From IMG/VR virus record IMGVR_UViG_3300031867_000008, positions 64,001-128,000 of that record: a stretch of 64,000 bases of DNA. One strand, given 5' to 3'. Every line of letters starts with the position of its first letter. Position 1 is the first letter of the stretch. The position numbers were made by a program, and so were the translations under genes. The DNA comes from a virus (taxonomy: Duplodnaviria; Caudoviricetes). Positions 39,322 to 50,482 of the stretch are shown here, one piece after another. The notes beneath the pieces are model-generated. The model did not search any database. It was not told the origin of the DNA and saw only the letters and a program-made list of their open reading frames with translations.

Positions 39322-41988
39322 TTAATAATCACTACTAAAATAACTTTCCTCACTTGCTATATTTTTGTATTTAGTATTTCTATAATTTATGTCATAACTC
39401 ATTATCACATCATAAACTTTTTCCTTATTTTCCTCTATTATGTTAATTCCCTTATCATCTTTACCAACAATCTTTTCACCGAACTTTTTACCCCACGATT
39501 TCACTTGTATTAAATCACCACCATATAAAGGCAGTATGTTAAAGATTCTTTTATCAACCTTGACATATTTATATTCGCCAGTTGCAATAGAATAAATTAT
39601 AATGTTAGGAGCGATCACATTTCTTACATTTAACACAAAGTATAAATCTTTAGACAGTGATTGATTAACGTATCTGCACTCTTGAAATTTTAAAATTTGT
39701 GCTTCAAGTATTCTATGAATATCTATATGTTCATTTGGAATCCTATCAAACAACCATTTTAGAAACACTTCATAATTAAATGATGTATACGTTTTTCCAG
39801 TTTTTGATAATTCAGATAATGATATTATCTTATCTTTAAGTGTTTGATTAGTTACATTCTTTTCAAGCCATGAAATATTGAACTTTTCTTTCTGATAAAA
39901 TAATTTGAAATAATCAACAAATGCTAACAATCTCTTAGATTTACCATATTGCTCACAACAATTGGCTTCAATATAAGGTTTCAACATATTGTCTGTGATA
40001 TTTTGTATAGGATTGTTTTTTACATTCTTCATAAACTCATAGAACGTTCCACTTTTCTGCATACAATCAAACAGTATGTCGGGTACTTTATCTTCTACTA
40101 CTGGTTCAGGAACAAGAAATTGTTTTATCCTATCCTTTGCCATATCAATATAGTATTGCCTGTCAAGATACTCTGGGATAGGTGAATCATGAATATCATC
40201 ATTGTTTATAAAACATCTATCAGGAGTATAAGAAATCTTTTCAAATGTTTCTTCTCCCTTTTCCATTCGCATTTTGTATAACCCTTTGTCAGTAGGGCGA
40301 GTTGAAGCGAATACCCTATGAACCTTTTCTCTTAGAGGAATGCCATTCTTGACTACGATTTTATTTTTAACTTTCTTACCATTCGTAATCTTTACAACTT
40401 CTCCATTACCATAAAGAACTTTTCTATAACTTGACGATAGTTTAATTATTTTTTGAAATTGAATCAGATCATTACATTCGTTTATGGTCGTTTCAACAGG
40501 AACATCATTGACAAAATATTCGATCAGAGCTTTATTGATAATAGGCAAGTCATTATCTATCGGAGAAAGTTTCTTGACATACGCCCCTTTAGATTTATAA
40601 TGTGATTTATCGTTCATGTCAATGAGAATATAATTATTTACATCTTTTTGAATAAGTTTGCCATGTTCAAAAACATCTACTTCAAGTTCAAGTTTTGTTC
40701 TCTGCTGCCATTCATCGAGTATGGGTTTTACTTTATCCAGTATATCCATAGAATCCAACTTCATATAAACACCATCGGTATTCGACTGCAAAATTGAAAC
40801 TCCAACAACTGCTCCGAGTTTAGCAATAAGTTCTGTCATATACAACTGCCCTGAGATACACACATTATTTGACATAAGAGGATCATAGCAATCTGAATGA
40901 GGGTCTTTAAGCACTCCATATGCACCATTGATGCAAATCTTTAATGGTTGTTGTCTTTTGTCTTTCTTAGCTTTAAGCTCCAATCGTCTGTCTCGAATGA
41001 CCTTGAATTTCTTAGGTTCTTTTAATTTTCTCGAATAATAGTTTTCATTTATCATCAAACTTGGATATTCTGAACCAACATCAGCTATGAGCAGTATGCC
41101 TTCCACAACAATATTATTATCACAACCATGAATGCCACCATAACCATAGTCATGAGGAACATTAGCAACAATTGTATGCAACTGTCTGTTATCTTGGTGG
41201 GAATCATCTTTCAATGGAAGTTTATATGCCTTGTTCATAGGGTTAGTGAACCAATCGACTATGTATTGATACTCTTTCGGCATACGCAGATTTGCGGGAA
41301 TTGTTATTTCAAATTCATCATCGAGGGTATGATTATGAACTGCACCTAATACATAAGATGTGAGCTGTGCCTTTGTTTTATTAAACATCTTTTTGTCTAA
41401 GTCAAACATTTCGATCATTGTGACTATCGCTTCAAAATCTCCATGAGTATAATAAAGAACTTTACAAGTTTCCTCTACATCATGAATGTTATAGTCAATG
41501 ATTTGTTGTATTTCTTCTTCTGTAAGTTCTCTGTCAATGTCAAAATCAACATCTGTTTCCTTAATCATATCTCCCATAAAACCTTCAAGTTGCTTTAAGG
41601 ATTTATCTTGAAGAATACAATCATAATTCTGCAAAGGAATACTATTTGCTTTGCCTATAATTTGAAATCCTCTGCCACCATCAATAAGTTTATCGTTTAT
41701 TTCAGGTGCTTTGCCACCGTTCATGATGCCTTTGTATAAGAATTGATCGTATGCTCTACTGTTATATCCAGCAAATACATTATCTTTGTACTGATTATAA
41801 AAATCTCTAAGTTTAGCAGGATCATTAACAACAGTGACAACAATTGGTTTTTGCTCGCTTTTGTTTAACCACCAGTCAATAAAGGATTGATATTCAATAA
41901 AAGTAACACACCACCAACCACCATTAGGAACTTTAGAATAAACCTCAAAGTCATAACACCATGTTTTTATGTTATTTTGTTCACTCAT
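39322..41988 (-). CDS. Family B DNA polymerase
   Basis: YDFE exonuclease motif, DVGSEYPS, KICINGAYG, NTDG. Confidence 0.88.
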   Translation of the reverse strand: MSEQNNIKTWCYDFEVYSKVPNGGWWCVTFIEYQSFIDWWLNKSEQKPIVVTVVNDPAKLRDFYNQYKDNVFAGYNSRAYDQFLYKGIMNGGKAPEINDKLIDGGRGFQIIGKANSIPLQNYDCILQDKSLKQLEGFMGDMIKETDVDFDIDRELTEEEIQQIIDYNIHDVEETCKVLYYTHGDFEAIVTMIEMFDLDKKMFNKTKAQLTSYVLGAVHNHTLDDEFEITIPANLRMPKEYQYIVDWFTNPMNKAYKLPLKDDSHQDNRQLHTIVANVPHDYGYGGIHGCDNNIVVEGILLIADVGSEYPSLMINENYYSRKLKEPKKFKVIRDRRLELKAKKDKRQQPLKICINGAYGVLKDPHSDCYDPLMSNNVCISGQLYMTELIAKLGAVVGVSILQSNTDGVYMKLDSMDILDKVKPILDEWQQRTKLELEVDVFEHGKLIQKDVNNYILIDMNDKSHYKSKGAYVKKLSPIDNDLPIINKALIEYFVNDVPVETTINECNDLIQFQKIIKLSSSYRKVLYGNGEVVKITNGKKVKNKIVVKNGIPLREKVHRVFASTRPTDKGLYKMRMEKGEETFEKISYTPDRCFINNDDIHDSPIPEYLDRQYYIDMAKDRIKQFLVPEPVVEDKVPDILFDCMQKSGTFYEFMKNVKNNPIQNITDNMLKPYIEANCCEQYGKSKRLLAFVDYFKLFYQKEKFNISWLEKNVTNQTLKDKIISLSELSKTGKTYTSFNYEVFLKWLFDRIPNEHIDIHRILEAQILKFQECRYVNQSLSKDLYFVLNVRNVIAPNIIIYSIATGEYKYVKVDKRIFNILPLYGGDLIQVKSWGKKFGEKIVGKDDKGINIIEENKEKVYDVIMSYDINYRNTKYKNIASEESYFSSDY

Positions 41989-42000
41989 TTTTACACAACC

Positions 42001-43743
42001 TTATATTAAGAATCCTACTTTTTTACTACTGGGTCTAAAATTCCAATCCTCAATTCTTACTTGTGCAGAACCATCGTAAATATCAAATATTCCAACAACG
42101 TCAAATTCAACTACATCCGATTTTATATCAAACATTTCCTTATATTCTTTGAGTAACGAACTACGACTAAACTTTACAAACGATACGTTTTTATACTTAA
42201 ACATTATTCTATTATTAGTTTTACCTAAGTTTTGAATCAGTGACTTCTTGATTGGAATACCTTTTATAACGAACAAAGGTTCATCTACTGAACAACCCCA
42301 CACATAATTGTACTTGGCAATATGCTTTACAATGTCACCGGAGAAGTTTTCAGCTTCATAATCAGCACAAACCGTATACACGTTGTCACCAAACGCTGGA
42401 GTTTGTGAAAGCAAGTCGAATAAAAGTTCAGTTTTATCAGTGAAAATTTGCGCTCCAAAGGCATTTTCATGTCCATCAAGTCCAAAAAATAACCCAGTTG
42501 ACTTACACCAAGCCTTAAAATCTGTCAGTTCACACTTCAAATAACCTCGTCCACTTCCCTTACAAACGCCATTATTCTCTCTTAAAAGCAAGCAAGGCTT
42601 TTTGTACATAGAAGCTAATCGTCCCGCAATCAGTCCTGTTGAATTACTATCCACATCTTCGCCAGCGTTTACTACTAAGATAGGATATTGATTCAAACCA
42701 TACTCAGCGATTTCTTCACTGAGTTTTTCTGAACTTTCTTCTGTGATGCTTTTCTGTTTTCTGTTTGTAGATTCACACGCTCGTCTGACATACTCTTGTA
42801 TACTCATTTCAACTTCGCCTTTACCACGAACTTTTCTCACAAGTTTTTTATCAGAATTACAGAACGCTTCAAACATTAAAAGTTTTTCTTCTCTTGTACC
42901 AAGTCTTATCAAAGAGTTAATCATGGGACAAATATAAAAGGCAATTCCATTAACAGTAATTTTGTTACTCATAGAATAAGACTGAGATTGAATAAGTTCT
43001 TTAATAAAAAGATTTTTGCTTATCCCTTTAGAAATTTCTTCAAGTCCTCGGAAAACATAATAACGAGATTGATTTTGAAACAGATTACACTTATCACCTA
43101 TCATTCCAACAGCAATCAAATCATAATAATCATTACTCCAATTACAACCGATTTCATTATCAACAGCCCTACAAAATTTATAGACTATTCCTACACCAGT
43201 CATAGCTTTGTCTTTTATATTTTCTTCAAGTTGATTGTTTATAATAATCGCTTTATTATCTTTTGGGTCAATTGGGTGATGATCTAATATAATTACTTGA
43301 CAACCAGTATCAATTAAAGAATTACATTCTTTTGCATTACCAGTACCAGCGTCAGGAACAATGAGCAAATCAAGTTTAGCATCAATAATCTCATTCACAA
43401 CATCTTCGAGTCCATGAATTTTACGATCATGTATGTAATATTTCAATGTTAAATCAGATTTAAACTCTTTTTGTATTCTTAAAAGATAACTCATCATGAA
43501 TGCTGCGGAAGTATAACCATCACAATCACAGTCAACCACAACACCTACTCTTGGACGATCCTCTTTTAATTTCATCATAAACAAATCCACAGCCTCTCGC
43601 ATATGCCGAAATGACTTTACAGATTCATTATACTTTATAGTTGGCTTTAAAAAGAAATCAGTATCTTCAACACCTTTAGAAACAAGAATTGATTCTACAC
43701 TATTATCAAAATTTATATTTTCATCAATTTTATAATCAAACAC
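42001..43743 (-). CDS. recJ: RecJ-like DHH ssDNA exonuclease
   Basis: DCDCDGY, ILDHH, GSGRG, GHENAFG. Confidence 0.9.
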   Translation of the reverse strand: MFDYKIDENINFDNSVESILVSKGVEDTDFFLKPTIKYNESVKSFRHMREAVDLFMMKLKEDRPRVGVVVDCDCDGYTSAAFMMSYLLRIQKEFKSDLTLKYYIHDRKIHGLEDVVNEIIDAKLDLLIVPDAGTGNAKECNSLIDTGCQVIILDHHPIDPKDNKAIIINNQLEENIKDKAMTGVGIVYKFCRAVDNEIGCNWSNDYYDLIAVGMIGDKCNLFQNQSRYYVFRGLEEISKGISKNLFIKELIQSQSYSMSNKITVNGIAFYICPMINSLIRLGTREEKLLMFEAFCNSDKKLVRKVRGKGEVEMSIQEYVRRACESTNRKQKSITEESSEKLSEEIAEYGLNQYPILVVNAGEDVDSNSTGLIAGRLASMYKKPCLLLRENNGVCKGSGRGYLKCELTDFKAWCKSTGLFFGLDGHENAFGAQIFTDKTELLFDLLSQTPAFGDNVYTVCADYEAENFSGDIVKHIAKYNYVWGCSVDEPLFVIKGIPIKKSLIQNLGKTNNRIMFKYKNVSFVKFSRSSLLKEYKEMFDIKSDVVEFDVVGIFDIYDGSAQVRIEDWNFRPSSKKVGFLI

Positions 43744-43768
43744 TTCATCACCTTATCTTTCATCAAAC

Positions 43769-44881
43769 CTAATCTCCAATCGCAGGAACATATATTTTAT
43801 TATCCATCAACTTTAACAACGTATCTTTCCCTCGATCAGTGGGAGAATCTTTATATCCAAGTAACTCATCCGAATCTAAAAGAACTGTGACTTTAACATA
43901 AGCAGCTAATGGTTTTATAAAATGCTTAAAGATATGTTCTATCCATAAGTCATATTCTTCTGTATCAACCTTTTGATATTGTTTATCTAAAGCTACAATC
44001 ACTTCATTGATGTCAAGTTTGAGTATTGTTTTGCGTTGCCATTCACTTAAATTAGAACCACAAACAGCTACGGTAAAATTATCTTCGCCAAACATGGTAT
44101 CAGTTTGAAGAACAGATTTTTCTCCCTCCACAAGCATGATTTTATGTTTTCTTTGTATAGCTTCAAGATTGAAATTCAAACCGTATAAATTCTTTCCCAA
44201 AGGATGACTAAAATAATAATCTCCGAGTCTAAATGGGGAATACTTACCAAAATTTTCTTCATTCTCAGGGATAACATTTCGACCTCTTACTCCGATCAAT
44301 CTATCATATCTATCCCTATGAGGAATAATTATTTTCTGCTGCCAAGTACAATATTTGATACTATACTTTTTCATAGATTGAATCGAAATTCCTTCATTGA
44401 TCCACGAACTACTATATTGCTCTGAAAAAATTCTTAGTATTCGCTCATCATACTCAGGAATCAATTCATCAGTTGTTCTTTGTTTCTTGCGTTTTTTACT
44501 CCAACGATTTATAAAAGACCAATCACTACATTTCTCATTTTTAGGGTTATTTAGTTTACCAAACTGACCGTAAACATAGTCTTGCCATTTGAGATTGACC
44601 TTTATCCATTGAATAGCTTTTGGAAATTCATCCAATGTAAAATCTTTATAGTGCATAACCAAACCGATTATGTCCATTGAACCGCATTCGGTATAACAAT
44701 GAAAAGTTTTAGTCAGTTTATAATAATACAACTTAGGCTTATTGCCGCCGTGACAAACAGTATCAGTTATCCAATAAGTATCATTTTCAGAGAACCATGT
44801 AGCACCCATTATTTCAAGCAGCAGTCTAATTTCATCTTCTGTGATTCGTTCTTTTAATTCTTCGGCAGTCAAAAGATTCAC
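43769..44881 (-). CDS. DNA primase
   Basis: Zn motif CH...CYTEC; TOPRIM VEGEKS...ALD. Confidence 0.88.
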   Translation of the reverse strand: MNLLTAEELKERITEDEIRLLLEIMGATWFSENDTYWITDTVCHGGNKPKLYYYKLTKTFHCYTECGSMDIIGLVMHYKDFTLDEFPKAIQWIKVNLKWQDYVYGQFGKLNNPKNEKCSDWSFINRWSKKRKKQRTTDELIPEYDERILRIFSEQYSSSWINEGISIQSMKKYSIKYCTWQQKIIIPHRDRYDRLIGVRGRNVIPENEENFGKYSPFRLGDYYFSHPLGKNLYGLNFNLEAIQRKHKIMLVEGEKSVLQTDTMFGEDNFTVAVCGSNLSEWQRKTILKLDINEVIVALDKQYQKVDTEEYDLWIEHIFKHFIKPLAAYVKVTVLLDSDELLGYKDSPTDRGKDTLLKLMDNKIYVPAIGD

Positions 44882-44889
44882 CTCACAAA

Positions 44890-46509
44890 TTATGAATTTG
44901 ATTTCTTGCTAAGTTCTGAAACAAGATCTGCAACCTCAGTGGCGTTTATCTCATTTTCTTTATCTATAAGACCTACTTCGCCAACATCATCAAATATTGC
45001 TTCCGTTTTTTCAATATCAGTGATTAACTCAAAATTATAATTGGTAACAAAACAGTCTTTTTCTCTCATTGTACCTAAATTTAACTTAGTCCATACAATA
45101 ACAGAATACCATTTACCGCCACGGTTTTTAAAAATATAGTAAGCCATGTTAGGTTCGGTTACACCAAAACTACCATAACTGTGCATAATAGGTTCGAGTT
45201 TTTTCAAATCTTTCTTAGTTACCGGAAGAGCAAGTATACCACCATCCGCTTTTTCAATGATAGCCTTAGAACCTTTCAGAGCAGAAGCATCTTTATTCAT
45301 ATCATCTTTGTAACTATCGTTGAGCTGTGTAGACGAACCTAAAAATATATCAAACTTATTCGCTATAAGTTTTAATTCTTGTGAAAACATAAACAATATC
45401 TGGTCTGTTCTTAATCGTGTTTTTGATTTTTCATAAAAGTAAGAGTACAGCGACGGAGAATCGTTTATGTAATCATAAAAACAGTATTCAATGTTCTCGT
45501 TTATCACATACTTTTCTATTGTATTGGATATAGTATCAATAGTAAAGTCAGGCATATACTCAACAAACAACCTACAATTTTGCATTATTTCCGCTGACTT
45601 ATTTATCACTCGTATTTCTTCTTCCGTCACGTCCCACGAGGACAATTTATCCTCATCAACTCCCGAAATATGAGCCAACAAACAACTTTCTATTTCATCT
45701 TCTTCAAGCTCTGTTGAAATGAACAATACAGGTTTTGCTTCACCCATACTAATCCATTCCTTTTTAGACCAATCATAAATTGTAGTAGCTGCGATATTTA
45801 TAGCATCTGCCATAGAATTTCTCGACTTGCCTCCACCAGAGATAGATGATCTTATTATAAATTTTTTTGGTCGCATACCTCTAAAAATAGTGGTAAGATA
45901 AGCAGATTGAAAAGGATAACCAAAAGAATCATCTTTTGAACTATATAATTCTATAAGTTCTTTGACTCTATCACCAGCTTTAAAAGCATAACCATCTTGA
46001 TTTAACGCAGAGAATTTATTTTCAAAATCCAAAAATCTATCCTTAAAAGCATTGATTACATCTTTTGAAGTCATCGACTGGAATTTTTCACTTTTCTCGT
46101 TGTCTTTTTCATTATAGATGAAGTTAGTGTCGAACTTGAATTGCTCATTGGCGTTACGAATAATTGAATACTTACGCACATCATCTCTATATGAAGCGGC
46201 ATTATCCACCTTATCTTCTACCATTTCAATGGCTTGCTCAATGTAATTCCAACCATCGTTTTGTTTCCAACATTCTAACGCTTCAACAGAATACGATAAT
46301 TCTGTTTCTATCTCAAAGCTATCTATACTTTCAATATTACCTTTCTTAGCAAGATTGAGAATTGCACCCCATATGATCCTATGAAACTTTTCAGGATAAT
46401 CAAACTCAAATGTTTCACAGTTTTTATCTAAAACCAATCGAGGGTTTCTACAATAACAACCCAATAGTAAGAATATAGCTTTTGTATCTACTTGTTCACG
46501 AAATTCTAT
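44890..46509 (-). CDS. DnaB-like replicative helicase with probable ATA/ATC start
   Basis: SISGGGKS Walker A, ISTEL, YDYI, STQL, KNRGG. Confidence 0.85.
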   Translation of the reverse strand: MEFREQVDTKAIFLLLGCYCRNPRLVLDKNCETFEFDYPEKFHRIIWGAILNLAKKGNIESIDSFEIETELSYSVEALECWKQNDGWNYIEQAIEMVEDKVDNAASYRDDVRKYSIIRNANEQFKFDTNFIYNEKDNEKSEKFQSMTSKDVINAFKDRFLDFENKFSALNQDGYAFKAGDRVKELIELYSSKDDSFGYPFQSAYLTTIFRGMRPKKFIIRSSISGGGKSRNSMADAINIAATTIYDWSKKEWISMGEAKPVLFISTELEEDEIESCLLAHISGVDEDKLSSWDVTEEEIRVINKSAEIMQNCRLFVEYMPDFTIDTISNTIEKYVINENIEYCFYDYINDSPSLYSYFYEKSKTRLRTDQILFMFSQELKLIANKFDIFLGSSTQLNDSYKDDMNKDASALKGSKAIIEKADGGILALPVTKKDLKKLEPIMHSYGSFGVTEPNMAYYIFKNRGGKWYSVIVWTKLNLGTMREKDCFVTNYNFELITDIEKTEAIFDDVGEVGLIDKENEINATEVADLVSELSKKSNS

Positions 46510-47087
46510 GATTCTTCACCACCCATCAACGAATCAATATCTATCAAATTTATCTTTTTCTTTTTCCTTTGAGATGTAGATGATAGCTTATGGATAACTT
46601 TTGTTTTTATTATTTCTGATTCGTGTTTATTTTCAAGCTGTTCTTTCAACTTATTTTCCAAACGTTCTTGTTGTTTTTCAAGATTCTCAGTATAGTTCTT
46701 TGCTTCATCATAAAACGTTTTGATTAAAGCTACACCATATTTTTCTATAAAAGCCATACCTTTTATTTCATGAGCATACCAAAGAGCATTACCCATCCAG
46801 CGATATTCGTACCCGAAGTTCTTTTTATAGTTGGCAATCTGACCAAGAATCAATCCTGTTGGAGCATCAAGTTCATATTGTTCACAAATGTAGTCTATCA
46901 ATTTTTGATAGTCATTTTCAAGTTCCTTTTCTCGTTGCAGTCTACGTTCAGTTACTTCCTGCAATTTGATTTCATAATCGGATTTCGCAGTCTCTATACA
47001 GGAAGAACAATACTTTTTACCATGAAACAATGTCATCGTTTCTGTTGGGAATTTCTCACCACACAATTTACAAAGTGATTTCCCCAT
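46506..47087 (-). CDS. Zn-finger protein (possible helicase loader/accessory)
   Basis: N-terminal CxxC...CxxC; overlaps the helicase start. Confidence 0.55.
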   Translation of the reverse strand: MGKSLCKLCGEKFPTETMTLFHGKKYCSSCIETAKSDYEIKLQEVTERRLQREKELENDYQKLIDYICEQYELDAPTGLILGQIANYKKNFGYEYRWMGNALWYAHEIKGMAFIEKYGVALIKTFYDEAKNYTENLEKQQERLENKLKEQLENKHESEIIKTKVIHKLSSTSQRKKKKINLIDIDSLMGGEES

Positions 47088-47199
47088 TATGATTTTCCTC
47101 CTATTTATTTTGTTTCTCCTAAATTGATATAAAAATAGGAGTAGGGTTTGACCCCACCCCTATCATTTACGGTTATTTGTGTGGACATGATTTTATATT

Positions 47200-48201
47200 T
47201 TAGGATAGATTGTACTTCTGAATGAGTTCTTCAAGTCTTACAAGAACAACCTTTGCTACATCACACTGCTGTGAATTAAGATCGTCAATCATTATGGGTG
47301 AATCATCTTTATTCACACCAATTTCAGTTCTAAGAATATGAAGAACTTCGTCAAGATGATTATTTTCTGTAAGAATAAAAGCATAATCGTTAGCCTTTTT
47401 CTTTATATCATCAAAAGAATCTTCTTCAACAATTTCCTCTATTAACGCAGTTTCTGTTATTTCTTCTTTGCCGTATCTACTATCAAAGAACTTTTCAAGA
47501 TTGGACTTCAATTCTGACACATACATCTTTTCAGGCAATCCAAACTTATCTTTGAGATCAGGGTATGTGTTCGACTTCTTGAAAGTAATGTATCTATCGC
47601 TTGTGATTGGGTCTTTAGCCTTATTATCAAGTGTTACACAACCTACGAGAAACGCATCGTGATACATCTGTTGAGTCGTTGCTTCATCAAGTTTCGTTTT
47701 ATAAATCACCTGATTTGTACTAAAATCGGTAGTCTTATAAAGCTGCGCTGTAAAATGTACTGGATAACCAAGATTGCGAATGTCGTTCACGATTCCATTT
47801 GCAGATCGAAGATACTTCTTACCTCTTGCAAATCCAATGTCCTCGATAATGTCAACTTCCTTTTTACTCTGAATAAGTGACTTGTTCATAGCTTCAAATT
47901 TATCGGCAGTATCAATAACAACACAACTAAACTTTTTCTTGGCGGCAGGATTCTTTAACTGATTATAAACCTGTCTAAGTTCTGCTACATCATGTACCCT
48001 TGCGGCAATAATATTCGGAACTATCATAGTAGCATCTTCAAGAGCTATAAAGAATGGCACTTTGCCCTCTGGTGCTACACTTGTAAGAAATCTATTTATA
48101 CTATCAGTTTTTCCATCTCCTGTTTCACCAAGAAAGATAACAGGATAACTACTAAAATCGTGAGAAACCTTATTAGGCTGAATATCAAGAATATTTATCA
48201 T
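47200..48201 (-). CDS. AAA (Sak4/AAA_24-like) ATPase
   Basis: GETGDGKT, VVIDT. Confidence 0.8.
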   Translation of the reverse strand: MINILDIQPNKVSHDFSSYPVIFLGETGDGKTDSINRFLTSVAPEGKVPFFIALEDATMIVPNIIAARVHDVAELRQVYNQLKNPAAKKKFSCVVIDTADKFEAMNKSLIQSKKEVDIIEDIGFARGKKYLRSANGIVNDIRNLGYPVHFTAQLYKTTDFSTNQVIYKTKLDEATTQQMYHDAFLVGCVTLDNKAKDPITSDRYITFKKSNTYPDLKDKFGLPEKMYVSELKSNLEKFFDSRYGKEEITETALIEEIVEEDSFDDIKKKANDYAFILTENNHLDEVLHILRTEIGVNKDDSPIMIDDLNSQQCDVAKVVLVRLEELIQKYNLS

Positions 48202-48220
48202 TCGTTGTCACCAACCTTTC

Positions 48221-49192
48221 TTACTTAGCAAATGGATTCTTGTTTGCCTTTGCAAAAGGATTACCAGAAACCTTCGGCTTTTCAGAAGTGTTATTAGAAG
48301 AACCATTTTTACGATTATTTTTCACATCGTCAAGATGAATCTTTCTCTTCTTGATAAGAGCTTCAACAATTTCATCTGTAAGGTCTACATCGTAAATACT
48401 CTTAGGTTCATCGGCAGCTTCGATAAGATACTTTCTATCATATGTTGTAAACTCTTTGACATGATCCTTACCAAGAGCCATCTTCTCGACTACCTTTTCA
48501 GTTTTAGTTGTGTTTATTAACCTTCCGACAAACTTAGTATAGCAACCTTCATAATATCCTATCTGAGCAAAGCCTTCCACAAGATCGCTCGGAAGTGTCA
48601 GTTTAATAGGAATAAGACTGTCTACTTCTAATTCAGCATCTTTGTTCCACTTTCCATTTGCGGAAGTCTGTCTAATATTATTAAATGTAATAATCTTGTT
48701 TCCGGTAGGAGTATCATTCTTCGTTTCATCTTTAATGCTCTCAATGATTCCTGCAACATTAAATTCTGCTTTCATAAGAGTAGAATCAATATCCTTTTCA
48801 GGAACTACATTGATAAATCTCGCCCAGATCGCATTAGAAGTAACCACATCAGTCTTTCCTTCGGGAACATAATCATTAGCTGTAAACGAACCATCTGTTA
48901 TTCTCACAACGGTAGGTCTTTCGTCACTGTCTGCAACATCAGCAATAGTTTTAGCTGTTTCAATAAATTCAGCATAGGATTTATATAGCTTGTTTTCCTC
49001 AGAAGTATAATTCTTATTTGCATCCTTCTTGTACTTGTCCGCAAAAAATCTAATCTCATGCTCTGATTCATCATCTGTTCTAAGTACAATCGATCCACCT
49101 ATGTATTCAGAGCCATCATCTCTTGTCTTTTCTTCAAGGTTATTAGCAACAAGAACTCCTGCGATATAAACATTATTTTCAATTTTCTTCAT
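48221..49192 (-). CDS. Single-stranded DNA-binding protein
   Basis: OB-like pattern, position upstream of the AAA, NPF C-terminal tail. Confidence 0.65.
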   Translation of the reverse strand: MKKIENNVYIAGVLVANNLEEKTRDDGSEYIGGSIVLRTDDESEHEIRFFADKYKKDANKNYTSEENKLYKSYAEFIETAKTIADVADSDERPTVVRITDGSFTANDYVPEGKTDVVTSNAIWARFINVVPEKDIDSTLMKAEFNVAGIIESIKDETKNDTPTGNKIITFNNIRQTSANGKWNKDAELEVDSLIPIKLTLPSDLVEGFAQIGYYEGCYTKFVGRLINTTKTEKVVEKMALGKDHVKEFTTYDRKYLIEAADEPKSIYDVDLTDEIVEALIKKRKIHLDDVKNNRKNGSSNNTSEKPKVSGNPFAKANKNPFAK

Positions 49193-49548
49193 ATAATCAA
49201 AATCCCTCACTCTTATTATTTTCATTTTAAATCATCTTTAAATTCAAATTTACAAATAATCATTCATCTTACATATTCTTTATTATACCACAATCATATT
49301 TATCGTCACCTAAACTCTCTCCCAAAATAAAATATCTATATTATTAGCTAAAAGCATTTGATACAGACCATAATACTTTAGCCAGTGTAGCCATAAACGC
49401 TCGTCTTTCCGAGCTGTCAATATGATTTGTCAATCTTCCACACACTCATTCGGACGCTCACATATTTTGCGCTGTGTCATAAGCATCGCCTTTCTTGTGC
49501 CGATTTACCTTTTAGGTAGCGAAGTAACGTATTATCGGGAACGTTAAA

Positions 49549-49622
49549 TGCCCCCTATGAGACTTGAACTCATACTTTACAGATTTTGAATCTGTTTCCT
49601 CTGCCGTTTGGGATAAGGGAGC
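49549..49622 (-). tRNA. tRNA-Leu(CAA), short variable arm
   Basis: Anticodon arm acaga-ttCAAaa-tctgt; GTTCAAG T-loop. Confidence 0.85.
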
Positions 49623-49854
49623 AAATGCTATCGGCAATCCTCAACGATAGCTTTGTATAATGACATTCCGCAAAATATCTTCTACATTTTTACGCAAAAC
49701 TCCCGTTGCGGAAGGAGCCGTAGGAGGAATCTCATTGTTCAAATGGACTGTCACACTACCAATTTGTGTCAAAGGGAATCGAACCAACAGTTGATCCACT
49801 TGCTTTCAAGCTGATGCTATCACTTATCAAGTTTAACGACATTGACAAGTCGGC

Positions 49855-49943
49855 TGGTGTTGGCAATAGGATTTGAACCTATAAATCTCTTGTACTTCGA
49901 GAACAGTGTTTACACTGCGCCTATGACATTTGGCTATACCAAC
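49855..49943 (-). tRNA. Atypical or degenerate tRNA with encoded CCA
   Basis: Acceptor stem and GGTTCAAATCC T-arm are intact; anticodon loop is shortened (cagtg-taaa-cactg); long variable arm. Confidence 0.55.
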
Positions 49944-49950
49944 ATTTTAA

Positions 49951-50023
49951 TGCGCCTAATGGGACTCGAACCCATGCTCCCTTGATTAAAAGTCAAGTGC
50001 TTTACCAACTAAGCTATAAGCGC
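49951..50023 (-). tRNA. tRNA-Lys(TTT)
   Basis: cttga-ctTTTaa-tcaag; canonical D and T arms. Confidence 0.92.
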
Positions 50024-50029
50024 ATAATC

Positions 50030-50450
50030 ACTAACCACACAACAGCTTTGTGGACAACTAAACGATAACAAAACCAACTCGCAAAACCAATCTCAAAGAT
50101 TTTCCTAAACTGTAATCTGTAAACTGTAACATTTCAACTTTAACTTCGGCAGCTCTTACAGGATATGAATTACACATAATCATAATAAAAGCCTATAAAC
50201 TTTCAGCTTTGTAGCTTTAATTCTTAATCGTTAAGTGTTAAACTTTACAGAATCTAATCTAAATAATTTTGCACCCAATGGTGGGACTTTAACCCACATA
50301 CTCATATTTATCAGATATGCGCCTGTTACAATTCGGCTACATTGGAAGTAATCTTAATAATTCCTTTTCATTAAGAACTATTATTATAGCATTATACTTA
50401 CCCTGTATAATAAGGTGGTTTTAATTTATAGTTTTCGTTGTGCAGTTAGT
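50030..50450 (-). ncRNA. Putative large structured RNA with heptamer repeats enclosing tRNA-Ile
   Basis: 14-bp terminal helix (50450-50437 with 50043-50030, two G-U pairs); two heptamer arrays. Confidence 0.6.
50273..50346 (-). tRNA. tRNA-Ile(GAT) with variant T-loop
   Basis: catat-ctGATaa-atatg; T-loop reads GTTAAAG. Confidence 0.7.
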
Positions 50451-50482
50451 AAATAGAAATATGAAATTAGCTCATTATCTCA

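Noticed and set aside
49765-49850. Additional tRNA (gggaatcgaacc T-arm-like sequence)
   Set aside because: I could not build a convincing cloverleaf; at most a decayed tRNA
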